The position numbers and the translations under genes are program-made. The notes under the pieces were generated by a model. The model did not search any database, was not told the origin of the DNA, and saw only the letters and a program-made list of their open reading frames with translations. 32,000 bases of DNA from Nitrosospira multiformis ATCC 25196 (GTDB taxonomy: Bacteria > Pseudomonadota > Gammaproteobacteria > Burkholderiales > Nitrosomonadaceae): NCBI RefSeq assembly GCF_000196355.1, contig NC_007614.1:150001-182000 (forward strand). The letters run 5' to 3'. Positions 1 to 8,057 of this stretch are shown one piece after another. The stretch's first letter is position 1. Each line of letters starts with the position of its first letter.

Positions 1-1
1 C

Positions 2-487
2 GAGGATTCGCTGACAGGGGTGAGTTATCGGAACGGGGGCGGCTGGTGGGATGGGCCCCGGAACACGGGAGGGTATATCGTGCAGGATCCGGAGCACTGG
101 GTGTTTGCCGGCACAGGGTTGGGTCGCGGCGATGCGTTTGGTGACAAAACCTCGCCACCCCTGGTCGGATACGAGTGCGATGGCGCTCCGCTGGATGACT
201 TCGACAAGGCTTCGGGACTTGCAGTCCTTTCCTCGAACGCCGGAAATACCGGTACTCCAGAGGGGTTTCGTGTTCTGGCGGCAAGCGTGCTGGATGGCAA
301 TTGGCAGGAACTCCCCCCTCGGGAGGCTTATCCCGCCCGTGAAGGTATTCACGCGGCAACAATGGGAATTTTTTCGCGGAACGGCGCGGTGTTCACCGCG
401 GGAACTACCGACTGGGCTCAGGTACTCGAAAATCCGCTGGTCGATGCCATCACACGTAATGTCATCGACCAGCTGCTTCGCGAGTAA
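2..487 (+). CDS. 3' part of a gene entering from upstream of the window; hypothetical protein whose C-terminal domain resembles the N,N-dimethylformamidase large-subunit-like family
   Basis: The frame is open from nt 2 (gag gat tcg ctg ...), so the track 'M' at nt 20 is an internal GTG codon. Stop TAA at 485-487. The family resemblance is by eye only (LVGYECDG, AVFTAGTTDWAQVL near the C-terminus). Confidence 0.4.
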   Translation, partial: EDSLTGVSYRNGGGWWDGPRNTGGYIVQDPEHWVFAGTGLGRGDAFGDKTSPPLVGYECDGAPLDDFDKASGLAVLSSNAGNTGTPEGFRVLAASVLDGNWQELPPREAYPAREGIHAATMGIFSRNGAVFTAGTTDWAQVLENPLVDAITRNVIDQLLRE

Positions 488-564
488 TCAGGGGATTTCT
501 GCTCTGTGCTGCAAATCGTCTTGCGATGGAGCCGACAGCATTGGCAGCAATTCATTCGAGGCGA

Positions 565-2610
565 TCAGTTCCGGATCAGCTCCTGAAAGAGTTTTGCCCA
601 GCGCGCAATGGTGCCAGCATCAAACGCGCCGATGCCCTTTTTGAGCGCCTGTTCCTTGACGCGCTTTGCAACTTCAACTCTCCATTCATCCCGTAACACC
701 AGGTCCTGTGCTTCGGCCCAGGCCTGCACCTGCGCCACCACGGGCTTGCCGTTGACCAGGACGTCCGCAAAGGCCGTGTCCGTATTCCTCTCCCAGCGGT
801 CTATTACTTGTGCAAAAAACGGTGCAGGTATCAGATCTTCTGTCGTGGAGTTGCTGAAGAGAACGTAATTATCCGTCGAAAAGATACGCTCCTGCGCGTC
901 GCTGTACAAATCCGACTTCAACTCTGCATTGATCTGCTTTCCTGCTTCGTCATCCCGCAGGACTACCTTGGGCAGCGGCTCGTCGCGCCCACTAATGATG
1001 CTTGCGATCACGCCTACCGTTTTGCTGGCGCCAGCCGGCGGAAAGAGCAGTTCGCGCTTCGGGGCTATCTTGTTTGCCCCAATGAGGAGTGTCTTGATGG
1101 TCGAGAGATAATATTGATCCGAGACGCGCTGCACGACGACCGGTTGACAGCCCGTTACCATGCTCTCGGCAATATTCAGGTTCAAGGCCGAGTGAACCAC
1201 ATAGGCGGCTCCCGCCTGCCGGACATCCTTTTCCACGCTACGAAGGTCCGACGTCACTTGCGTCGTTCCGTTCGCGGAAACATATACCTTGCGCGCGCGT
1301 CCCAGGTGCTCTGCATCCAGCAGGAATGGTGAATGGGTCGTGTAGAGGATTTTGTTGACTTTTGCAAGACTGTCAAAGAAGGCAAAAAGGTTGCGCTGCG
1401 CCAGGGGGTGCAGGGACAATCCGGGCTCGTCCAGCAACAAGACGGCGTTCTGGTGCTCACCCCCGCTTTCCACGAGGAAGACCAGATAAAAACTCAGAAA
1501 CCACTGCAGCCCCGTGCTTCTGCTTTCGAGCTCAACTTCCTCCGGGCGGCGGTCATCGGAAACCCATATGCGGAAATGGCTTCCATCCGCTTCGAAGCGG
1601 AATTTGTAATCTCCCTGCTTCCACCAGTTTCTGAACTTTTCCGTCAGAAGCCCGCCTGCCGATTGCAGCAGGATGGAACGCTCCCTTTTCTTCATCGCGA
1701 TTTCCCGGATTTCTTCCACTGTGGGTTCACGACGACGGCCCTTGCGCCTTGGAAAGTCCCGCCCGAGTTCAAGAATTTCTCCCGGCTCGAGGCCTACGAA
1801 TTTAAAAAGAACGCGCAATGTACGCGACTTGGCTGCTTCTCTGGGCCCAAGGTCAGTGCGTTGAAGATTCTGTACTACGTGGGGAAGATAGATTTCAGAA
1901 TCGAGATTTCCGAATTCAGAGTAATAGACAAATTTGGGAAGGGAGTGGATGACCGTATCCACAACATCCTCTGCCTCTTCCCCCGATGATCTCCTGATCT
2001 CGCCAAGCTCTTCCCGCCGGGGGAAGGAGATCGAATAATCCCCATTGAAGTACCGTTTCACAGCGATGAGGGAGGCCTCTTCGCTGGAGATCTCCAGCTT
2101 GCCGCACAGCTCTTCTCCAAGCTCTCCTGCCTCAAATTCCGCCGTTATGAAGTGGAAGCTTTCCGGTGCCTGGCGCACAGGGCCGAATTGTTTTTTCGGG
2201 TAGTCGGAAGCCGGCACGATCTCTCCCCCGACTGCCGGATTCAGCTTCCAGAGCGGAACCAGCAGGTTTGTCTTGCCGGATTCGTTCACGCCGATGAGCG
2301 CGGTAACGCTGTCAACCTCAATCCAGCCACTGTTCTCCACCGAGCGAAAATTTGTGACCAGAAATCGGGTAAGGTGCATGGGGTGTATTATTCTGTCGTC
2401 TATTGCTTCTCCCGGGGCCGGGGCGTCAACCGGGCTGTCAACAGGACTTTCAACGGGACTTTCGCTGTTGCTTGTGGCTTCCGCATGATCCTGAGGCTCT
2501 GGTATCTCTGGTATGTCTGATATTCGGGGAAGGAGCAGCATGTCTTGCAATGGTTGCTTATTCATAAAGTCTGTGTCTTTTTCTTTGACAGGCAATATAT
2601 GTATCGTCAT
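565..2610 (-). CDS. Stand-alone ABC/SMC-type (AAA_15/21-like) ATPase of the OLD-nuclease-like class with a C-terminal Toprim-like region
   Basis: 681-aa ORF. Walker A GVNESGKT (aa 107-114), signature-like RSTGLQWFLSF (aa 364-374), Walker B VLLLDEPGLSLHP (aa 390-402), H-loop YTTHSPF (aa 423-429). The C-terminal ~190 aa carries VVVQRVSDQYYL and VVLRDDEAGK where OLD/Toprim proteins usually have xxVEGxxD and DxD. ATG at 2610 is preceded by agagag. An alternative ATG at 2379 (MHLTRF...) would drop a 77-aa low-complexity N-terminus (SPVESPVDSPVDAPAP). Confidence 0.8.
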   Translation of the reverse strand: MTIHILPVKEKDTDFMNKQPLQDMLLLPRISDIPEIPEPQDHAEATSNSESPVESPVDSPVDAPAPGEAIDDRIIHPMHLTRFLVTNFRSVENSGWIEVDSVTALIGVNESGKTNLLVPLWKLNPAVGGEIVPASDYPKKQFGPVRQAPESFHFITAEFEAGELGEELCGKLEISSEEASLIAVKRYFNGDYSISFPRREELGEIRRSSGEEAEDVVDTVIHSLPKFVYYSEFGNLDSEIYLPHVVQNLQRTDLGPREAAKSRTLRVLFKFVGLEPGEILELGRDFPRRKGRRREPTVEEIREIAMKKRERSILLQSAGGLLTEKFRNWWKQGDYKFRFEADGSHFRIWVSDDRRPEEVELESRSTGLQWFLSFYLVFLVESGGEHQNAVLLLDEPGLSLHPLAQRNLFAFFDSLAKVNKILYTTHSPFLLDAEHLGRARKVYVSANGTTQVTSDLRSVEKDVRQAGAAYVVHSALNLNIAESMVTGCQPVVVQRVSDQYYLSTIKTLLIGANKIAPKRELLFPPAGASKTVGVIASIISGRDEPLPKVVLRDDEAGKQINAELKSDLYSDAQERIFSTDNYVLFSNSTTEDLIPAPFFAQVIDRWERNTDTAFADVLVNGKPVVAQVQAWAEAQDLVLRDEWRVEVAKRVKEQALKKGIGAFDAGTIARWAKLFQELIRN

Positions 2611-2700
2611 TATAACTCTCTGATTGCTCAGGGCGGGTACTTAAAGAGCGTTTGTTGAGCCAGAATTTGCAATACTTTTCGACACTCTTGCCAACCCCCC

Positions 2701-2723
2701 AAAAAAGCCGCGGAACGCACGGC
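2701..2723 (-). terminator. Rho-independent terminator candidate downstream of the deaminase gene
   Basis: On the minus strand, gccgtgcgttccgcggc (6-bp GC-rich stem including one G-U pair, 5-nt loop) is followed directly by tttttt, about 50 nt after the stop at 2774. Confidence 0.5.
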
Positions 2724-2773
2724 CACGTCTTACCTCCTTATTCTTTTCCTGCTCCCATTCTCAGGTTGCAAAG

Positions 2774-3217
2774 CTAGGCGCCGTACAGTTCTGCGGCAGA
2801 CAGGCCGAGATCGAGTCGAATGAGCGGCAGGGGTGGAGGCTTTAGTGGCAGGCTCAGCTTCTGATAGGTCGCCTTGCTCGAAAAACCATAGGGTTCCGCG
2901 TCATCGTTGTCGAAAGCGTAATAGACCGCATCCACTCCTGCTATCACCATGGCTGCCAGGCACATGGGGCAGGGGTGGCCGCTGGCGTAAACTATGCTGC
3001 CTCTCAGATCAGGACGACCGAGCTTCCGGCTGGCAGCGCGCACTGCCTCCATTTCTGCATGCGTGGTAGGATCATTGCTCTGCACCACGTCGTTGACGCC
3101 GGTGGAAACGGCTTGTCCCTCGACAACGAGGACTGCGGCAAAGGGCCGGCTACCCCGTTCACGGTTGTTTTTGGCGAGACGCACTGCTTCCCGCAGAAAT
3201 GTTTCATGTTGAGACAT
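2774..3217 (-). CDS. CMP/dCMP-type zinc deaminase, guanine/nucleoside deaminase-like (GuaD/TadA superfamily)
   Basis: 147 aa. Zinc-binding motifs HAE (TTHAEMEAV) and PCPMC (SGHPCPMCLAAM). The N-terminal HETFLREAVRLA...PFAAVLV...SNDPTTHAE pattern is co-linear with small bacterial guanine deaminases. Confidence 0.85.
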   Translation of the reverse strand: MSQHETFLREAVRLAKNNRERGSRPFAAVLVVEGQAVSTGVNDVVQSNDPTTHAEMEAVRAASRKLGRPDLRGSIVYASGHPCPMCLAAMVIAGVDAVYYAFDNDDAEPYGFSSKATYQKLSLPLKPPPLPLIRLDLGLSAAELYGA

Positions 3218-3307
3218 CTGGCTTCCTGTTTGACTTACCTGTCTGTAGCGCTTGTGCCAAGCTGTCGCACCGATATGATTACGGCAAGCTCCTGGAATCC
3301 CTTCCCC

Positions 3308-4165
3308 TTAAAAAAGAATGGAGGGCAGAAAACTTCCGGCGGGCTGGTTGTAGAGGCCAAGGCTCATCAGATTCATCGGTTGAACTACCCGAAGCCCCTG
3401 CTGCAGGCACCAGCGGAACAACTCGCTATTATGCGTGGGCAGAAGAAAGCCTGGACCCGCAAACGCGGCCGCGGCGCCGATCAGGGCCTTGAGGTCTTCA
3501 TTGCTTTCTCCCACTGCATGTCCCGTGAAGCCAATTAACGTCGCGTAACCGGTAATGTGCCCTCCGTGTTCCACCACCATTGCGGTCTGCTGCCCAATCG
3601 CGTGGCGCAATTCCTGCCCTCTATCGTGACCGTGTATCTTCCGGCACAAGGCGTCGCATGCATTTGCATCCTCCGCCCTTGCCGGACGGACATTGTAGCC
3701 GGAGATATCGATTTGCAGGGGCGCTCCCTGCAGAGTTGCCAATGGTTCCCGCACCTCAAATCCGAGCTTGGTGTAGAGGGAGAGGGAGCGGTTATTATAT
3801 GCAGCTTGCACCAGCCGCACGCCTGCGAAATGTTTATTCCGCGCATGCTCCAGCACATCCTCCATCAGGCCTCGGCCTACCCTGTCGCTTTGGGTTTCCG
3901 GTATTACCGTCAGCGGCCCAATGCCGGCAATGGCGGAATCCTGCCATAAGAAATTGCTGCCGATGATTCTTCCTTCGCTTTCAGCCACGACCGAATATAC
4001 ATCGGGTCTCGAGAGCAACCCCAGGAGGAGATCACGCGCCACTTCGAACGAGGGAAAGTCGGGTTCAAAACCATGCTGCTGAGAAATGGTCCTGAATGCT
4101 TCGTAGCAGATCATCCCGGCCGCCCCGGCATCCGCCTGGCGGCCTTCCCGTATTTTGAATTGCAT
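3308..4165 (-). CDS. GNAT family N-acetyltransferase with an extra C-terminal domain
   Basis: 285 aa. Acetyl-CoA motif RVGRGLMEDVLEHAR, followed by NNRSLSLYTKLGFEV, typical of the GNAT fold. The C-terminal ~130 aa are unassigned. Confidence 0.8.
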   Translation of the reverse strand: MQFKIREGRQADAGAAGMICYEAFRTISQQHGFEPDFPSFEVARDLLLGLLSRPDVYSVVAESEGRIIGSNFLWQDSAIAGIGPLTVIPETQSDRVGRGLMEDVLEHARNKHFAGVRLVQAAYNNRSLSLYTKLGFEVREPLATLQGAPLQIDISGYNVRPARAEDANACDALCRKIHGHDRGQELRHAIGQQTAMVVEHGGHITGYATLIGFTGHAVGESNEDLKALIGAAAAFAGPGFLLPTHNSELFRWCLQQGLRVVQPMNLMSLGLYNQPAGSFLPSILF

Positions 4166-4327
4166 GTTTCCCCGCTAATGGAATCGCCTGGTGGGCGACG
4201 AACAGCAGACGTGCGCGCAGTATGACGATGTTACTCCAGAAAAAGAGAACACTCTCGCGCAAACTGCCGTTGATACTCCAGGAAAGGGTAATCATGCGCT
4301 TAAGCCTGAAAAGTGCAATACTGATTC

Positions 4328-5083
4328 ATGGTTACCGCTACATTCCGTTTTTATGAGGAACTGAATGACTTTCTCGTTCCCGAGCGGCGCAAGCGGGAAT
4401 TTTCCTGTCCCTGCGCCCGTGCAGCGACCACCAAGCATATGATCGAAGCACTGGGCGTCCCGCACACCGAAGTGGAGCTGGTGCTGGTAAATGGAGAATC
4501 GGTGGGGTTCGACCGGATACTGGAGCATGGCGACCGGGTCGCGGTCTTTCCCAAATTCGAAATGGTCGACGTCGCGCCCTTGTTGCGCGTGCGCGAGCAT
4601 CCCCTGCGGGTAACGCGCTTCATTGCAGATGCTCACCTAGGCGGTTTGGCCCACCTGTTGCGCATGACGGGTTTCGACACGCTGTACGACAATAATTATC
4701 ACGACCGCCAGATCGAATTGCTCGCTGCCCAGGAAAAGCGCATCGTGCTCACCCGCGACCGGGAATTGCTCAAGCGGCGTTCGATTACGCATGGATGCTA
4801 TGTGCGGACTTTGAAGCCACCTGAGCAGCTTTGTGAGATTTTCGATCGGCTGGACCTCGCGCACAGCATCAAGCCTTTTACCTTATGCCTGAACTGCAAC
4901 GCACCTCTGCGGCCTGTGGAGAAGAGTGTAGTGCTTGAGCGCCTGCCGCCGTCAGTACGCGAGCGCTTCGACCATTTCAGCACGTGCGATATCTGTCACC
5001 GGGTTTTCTGGGAGGGTTCGCACTGGCAGCGCATGCGGACGATGCTGGAGGAGTGTATTAAGCCAAACCGATTTGGGGGATAA
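4328..5083 (+). CDS. Mut7-C RNase (PIN-like, DUF82) with N-terminal ubiquitin/MoaD-like domain and C-terminal zinc ribbon
   Basis: 251 aa. The N-terminus FRFYEELNDFL...VELVLVNGESV is a beta-grasp-like module. RFIADAHLGGLAHLLRMTGFDT...IVLTRDRELLKR is the PIN-like core. The Cys pairs CLNCN ... CDICH form a zinc ribbon. Confidence 0.8.
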   Translation: MVTATFRFYEELNDFLVPERRKREFSCPCARAATTKHMIEALGVPHTEVELVLVNGESVGFDRILEHGDRVAVFPKFEMVDVAPLLRVREHPLRVTRFIADAHLGGLAHLLRMTGFDTLYDNNYHDRQIELLAAQEKRIVLTRDRELLKRRSITHGCYVRTLKPPEQLCEIFDRLDLAHSIKPFTLCLNCNAPLRPVEKSVVLERLPPSVRERFDHFSTCDICHRVFWEGSHWQRMRTMLEECIKPNRFGG

Positions 5084-5335
5084 TTGCTTACTTACGTTGA
5101 GCAGCTGAATATTCCTCAGCGGGAGGAGAAGCGTGATCTCCTGTTCATCCGGTCACAACTTTTGATCACGTAATGGCCTAGATCAAGTAATTGTGCCATT
5201 CGAATTTCTTTCCGGATGTGGTAGGATTAGCACCCTCAGATTTAGGCTTCAGGTTCGGCAAGGGCGAGCGGCATCGGGTTTTGCCTCTGTCATACGTTGA
5301 ATCTATAACTGAAATTATTCCGGTTTATTCAATCC

Positions 5336-5411
5336 GGGTCGTTAGCTCAGCTGGTAGAGCAGCGGACTCTTAATCCGTAGGTCGAGCGTTCGAATCGCTC
5401 ACGACCCACCA
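5336..5411 (+). tRNA. tRNA-Lys (anticodon CUU), CCA encoded
   Basis: gggtcgttagctcagctggtagagcagcggactcttaatccgtaggtcgagcgttcgaatcgctcacgacccacca. The 7-bp acceptor stem gggtcgt/acgaccc, D arm, anticodon loop c-t-CTT-a-a, T arm gagcg-ttcgaat-cgctc and terminal CCA are all present. Closely resembles enterobacterial tRNA-Lys. Confidence 0.95.
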
Positions 5412-5499
5412 TCAAACAACGGCTTGCAGGGTGCGAGTCCTTTGTTTCGACCCCAATTTTACCTTTTCATGCGAATGCGTATATGGGACGCAAACGACA

Positions 5500-6180
5500 T
5501 TACGGGGGCGGTGGCTGTGGAGCAACTTGTACCCAGTCACCGGGACAATCCTTGACATAAGGATAATAACCTTCCGATTCCCGGCAATAATACCAATAGC
5601 CGGATGGGAGCTGAGCCGTATTTTGCGTGTCATTTTGTTCCGGAAGGTTTTGTTGGATGTATACCGGCGGTGCTGCAGGCACGGGCACCGCGATTGGATA
5701 AGGATACATGGGCGGATAGGGATAATAAGGCGGCCCATAAGCCAGGGCACCATAACCCAGGCCATATCCTAATCCCAACCCTAGCCCATATCCCCCAAAT
5801 CCAAATCCCAAGCCGTAACCGTAGCCACGATAGAAACCGCGCGGGCCCCGGTAGTAACCGAATCCGCCCCCGCGATAGCGGCCGACTCCACCGCCTCGGT
5901 AATAACCGACTCCTCCGCCAAAATGCTCTCCACCCCCATAATGCATTCCTCCCCCGTGCGCCCATCCCCCACCCCCGATGTGCCCACCGCCTCCAAAATG
6001 CATTCCTCCGCCTCCCATATGTCCGCCCCCTCCCATATGTCCGCCCCCTCCTATATGTCCGCCGCCACCAAATACTCCCCCTCCATGTCCTCCCCCGCCA
6101 CCTCCGCGCGCCCATACTGAAACGCCAGGAATCAACCCAAGCATGAGAAGGACAACGCACATCAATTTAATCTTCTTCAT
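5500..6180 (-). CDS. Exported Gly/His-rich low-complexity protein, paralogue 1 (226 aa), with a Cys-bracketed C-terminal module
   Basis: The best start is ATG 6180 (MKKIKLMCVVLLMLGLIPGVSVWA, signal-peptide-like), not the track start at 6261. Order of blocks: GGGGH(I/M) repeats; an RGG/GYY block; a GLG/GYG block; a Pro/Tyr block; VPAAPPVYIQQ; then YWYYCRESEGYYPYVKDCPGDWVQVAPQP. Confidence 0.8.
   Translation of the reverse strand: MKKIKLMCVVLLMLGLIPGVSVWARGGGGGGHGGGVFGGGGHIGGGGHMGGGGHMGGGGMHFGGGGHIGGGGWAHGGGMHYGGGEHFGGGVGYYRGGGVGRYRGGGFGYYRGPRGFYRGYGYGLGFGFGGYGLGLGLGYGLGYGALAYGPPYYPYPPMYPYPIAVPVPAAPPVYIQQNLPEQNDTQNTAQLPSGYWYYCRESEGYYPYVKDCPGDWVQVAPQPPPP
6014..6067 (-). repeat. Three tandem 18-bp units inside the Gly/His-rich CDS, each encoding GGGGH(M/I)
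   Basis: cccatatgtccgccccct (6014-6031), cccatatgtccgccccct (6032-6049), cctatatgtccgccgcca (6050-6067). These are in-frame coding repeats, not a CRISPR array. Confidence 0.9.
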
Positions 6181-6241
6181 ACAGATCTCGGTCCCTATCG
6201 GTCCTATCGCGGGCTTGACTTGATCCATATTTCTTTTGGGA

Positions 6242-6661
6242 TTAACGCAACCAGAATCCACCGACTTTCTGGTCCTTCAGGGCCATGAAAATGAGAACGT
6301 CATCATTCCCGTCCTTGAATACCACCTTCCAGACATATACGTCGAATCCCTGTTGGCGCAGTGTGGTCAGGAATATCGTGGTGTAGCCTTGCTTGAGGCG
6401 CGAGGCGAGGGATTGGTTGATGCTGCTGAGCATCTCCTTTGTCATCCCGGCTTGAAATGCTTCATCTCCTGGCGATACAAAATCGGCCAATGAGTTAGCC
6501 AGAATAGCTGACACCATGTTTTTCATGATTGCTTCAATGGGCTGTGGCGCCTGCGCCGATTGCCGCGCTTGCGCCAGCACCACAGAAGAGGTGAATGCAA
6601 GAAAAAATATGACAGAAAGGACCAGGCGATTTGCAGAGGACGTCAAAAGAGGCAGATGCAT
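6242..6661 (-). CDS. Small exported hypothetical protein
   Basis: ATG at 6661 (or 6673) gives MHLPLLTSSANRLVLSVIFFLAFTSSVVLAQA, which is signal-peptide-like. The track start at 6799 is unlikely. The gene ends 61 nt upstream of the start of paralogue 1 and is probably co-transcribed with it. No family recognised. Confidence 0.55.
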   Translation of the reverse strand: MHLPLLTSSANRLVLSVIFFLAFTSSVVLAQARQSAQAPQPIEAIMKNMVSAILANSLADFVSPGDEAFQAGMTKEMLSSINQSLASRLKQGYTTIFLTTLRQQGFDVYVWKVVFKDGNDDVLIFMALKDQKVGGFWLR

Positions 6662-7187
6662 AAGATTCTCCATGGAGAAAAATAGAGGGGCATAGAGAGG
6701 GCGTGATAGGCGCCGCTTCCTGTAGTCAGTTCCAGGTAGCCGCTGGAAGTATTTTCTCTGCCGGATTTCTAAGGGTGCAGAGATCGAGAATGAGGGCAAT
6801 TTCCCTTTACTTTTCCTTTATCCATTTTTCACGTGTCGTTCCATGTATTCCTGCCATGAGGAATCCCCTCAGCAGCACTGGGAAGGTGGCGTGCAATTCC
6901 AAAAAACAGGTTAAATTCGGGAAACCCGATAATCTGTGCGGCACCTCACTCAGTGAACCTTTTTAACGTTCGTACGAGTTTTTGAAATTATCTGTCGAGC
7001 AATTGCACGTGTCTTTCATGACCGGCAGAGGTTGCCACATCCAATGAATGGAAAGGTTTAATGGAAAAGTCATAGGCATGGCAGAGCGATACATTGACTG
7101 TTCCGACCCTTGAAGCGGCACATCGGATACGCCGGGGGGATTGATGCCCTGAGCACATCTCGCCCTGCGCTAAGGTTGAAGCAGCTT

Positions 7188-7667
7188 TCAGTTCGATGAA
7201 GGTGCATTCGCCATCTTCTTACCCCCTGCATGGAACAGGTGGTGGAGCATGAAGGCAACAATTGCCAGATTCAGTGTCAAGGCGCCAAGGCTCAGCCAGG
7301 TAACACGCTCATACAATTCGAAAAGCTCAAAAGGCACGTAAATCGCGCCGCTTGCGGCTGCAAACCATTGTGCCCAGCGCCTTGCACGCCAGAGCCCATA
7401 TGCCTCGATGAATCGTGCCAGCGAGTAGGCGCCCGCTCCAGCCGCAATCAGCAACAAGCGGGTGTTTGTGAGCTGATTGGCCAAATCAATAAAGATGTGG
7501 GGATAACGGGAGGCGGGATTCAGGTGAGTGTGCGCCAGCAGGTGCTCGACAGCCTGCTGAATGTCGTGATGTACCAGGGAGAGTAAATCAAATCCCACCA
7601 GCAATACCAGGGCACCTTTGGCAGCTTCAAAAACTGCGAGTGTGCGTAATGCACCCGATAATTTCAT
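7188..7667 (-). CDS. DUF2127-like integral membrane protein
   Basis: Four hydrophobic segments. The FIEAYGLWRARRWAQW...YVPFELFEL pattern matches my recollection of DUF2127. ATG at 7667; the track start at 7697 is a TTG. Confidence 0.6.
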   Translation of the reverse strand: MKLSGALRTLAVFEAAKGALVLLVGFDLLSLVHHDIQQAVEHLLAHTHLNPASRYPHIFIDLANQLTNTRLLLIAAGAGAYSLARFIEAYGLWRARRWAQWFAAASGAIYVPFELFELYERVTWLSLGALTLNLAIVAFMLHHLFHAGGKKMANAPSSN

Positions 7668-8057
7668 AAGCGGTAGTGGAATATCGTATCGAGCCAAAGG
7701 GGTAGCTCTCTCACCTTGTCAATTTACAGCAACGCAACCTGCCCGGCGAGCCGGGCCTTCAATTTCCGAATCGCGTTAAAATATCTGACTGGCGACGCGG
7801 GCTTCAGGGTTCAAGCAGCCGCCAGCGGTTTAATCCAGGAGGCAGTATTCCGCCTTTCCTTTTCCCGTCTGCCCGGTATTACCGATGAAATGGTGAAAGA
7901 CGCACCTGGGCTCGCATTGGCCAAACGCGAATTAGGGGAGAGGGGGTAAACGGTATTCAGGATAGGCTCGTAGAGGACGAATGCATCTGGCATTGCTTGG
8001 GAAGGGCGAACAACGCTTAGCCAGCGCAGATTGCTTAGGTGAGAAAGGAGTTCCAGC

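Noticed and set aside
4065-4636. Minus-strand ORFs 4065-4295 and 4292-4636
   Set aside because: The first overlaps the GNAT 5' end and promoter region. The second is antisense to the Mut7-C gene. Neither has motifs.
6014-6067. Tandem 18-bp repeats considered as a possible CRISPR or VNTR
   Set aside because: The repeats are contiguous with no spacers and are in-frame coding repeats (GGGGHM) of a protein gene.
5604-6223. Several overlapping ORFs on both strands inside Gly/His-rich gene 1 (also 11297-11931 inside gene 2)
   Set aside because: These are artefacts of GGN/CCN repeat DNA, which stays open in many frames. Only the frame with a signal peptide, a Shine-Dalgarno sequence and the conserved C-terminal module is credible.
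7716-7949. 77-aa plus-strand ORF ending …RLPGITDEMVKDAPGLALAKREL, reminiscent of the HGIT.EMV.DAP.F segment of DnaQ-like 3'-5' exonucleases
   Set aside because: Only about 12 residues match. The Exo I (D.E) and Exo II/III motifs are absent, and the start is a TTG without a Shine-Dalgarno sequence. It is too weak to call even as a pseudogene.
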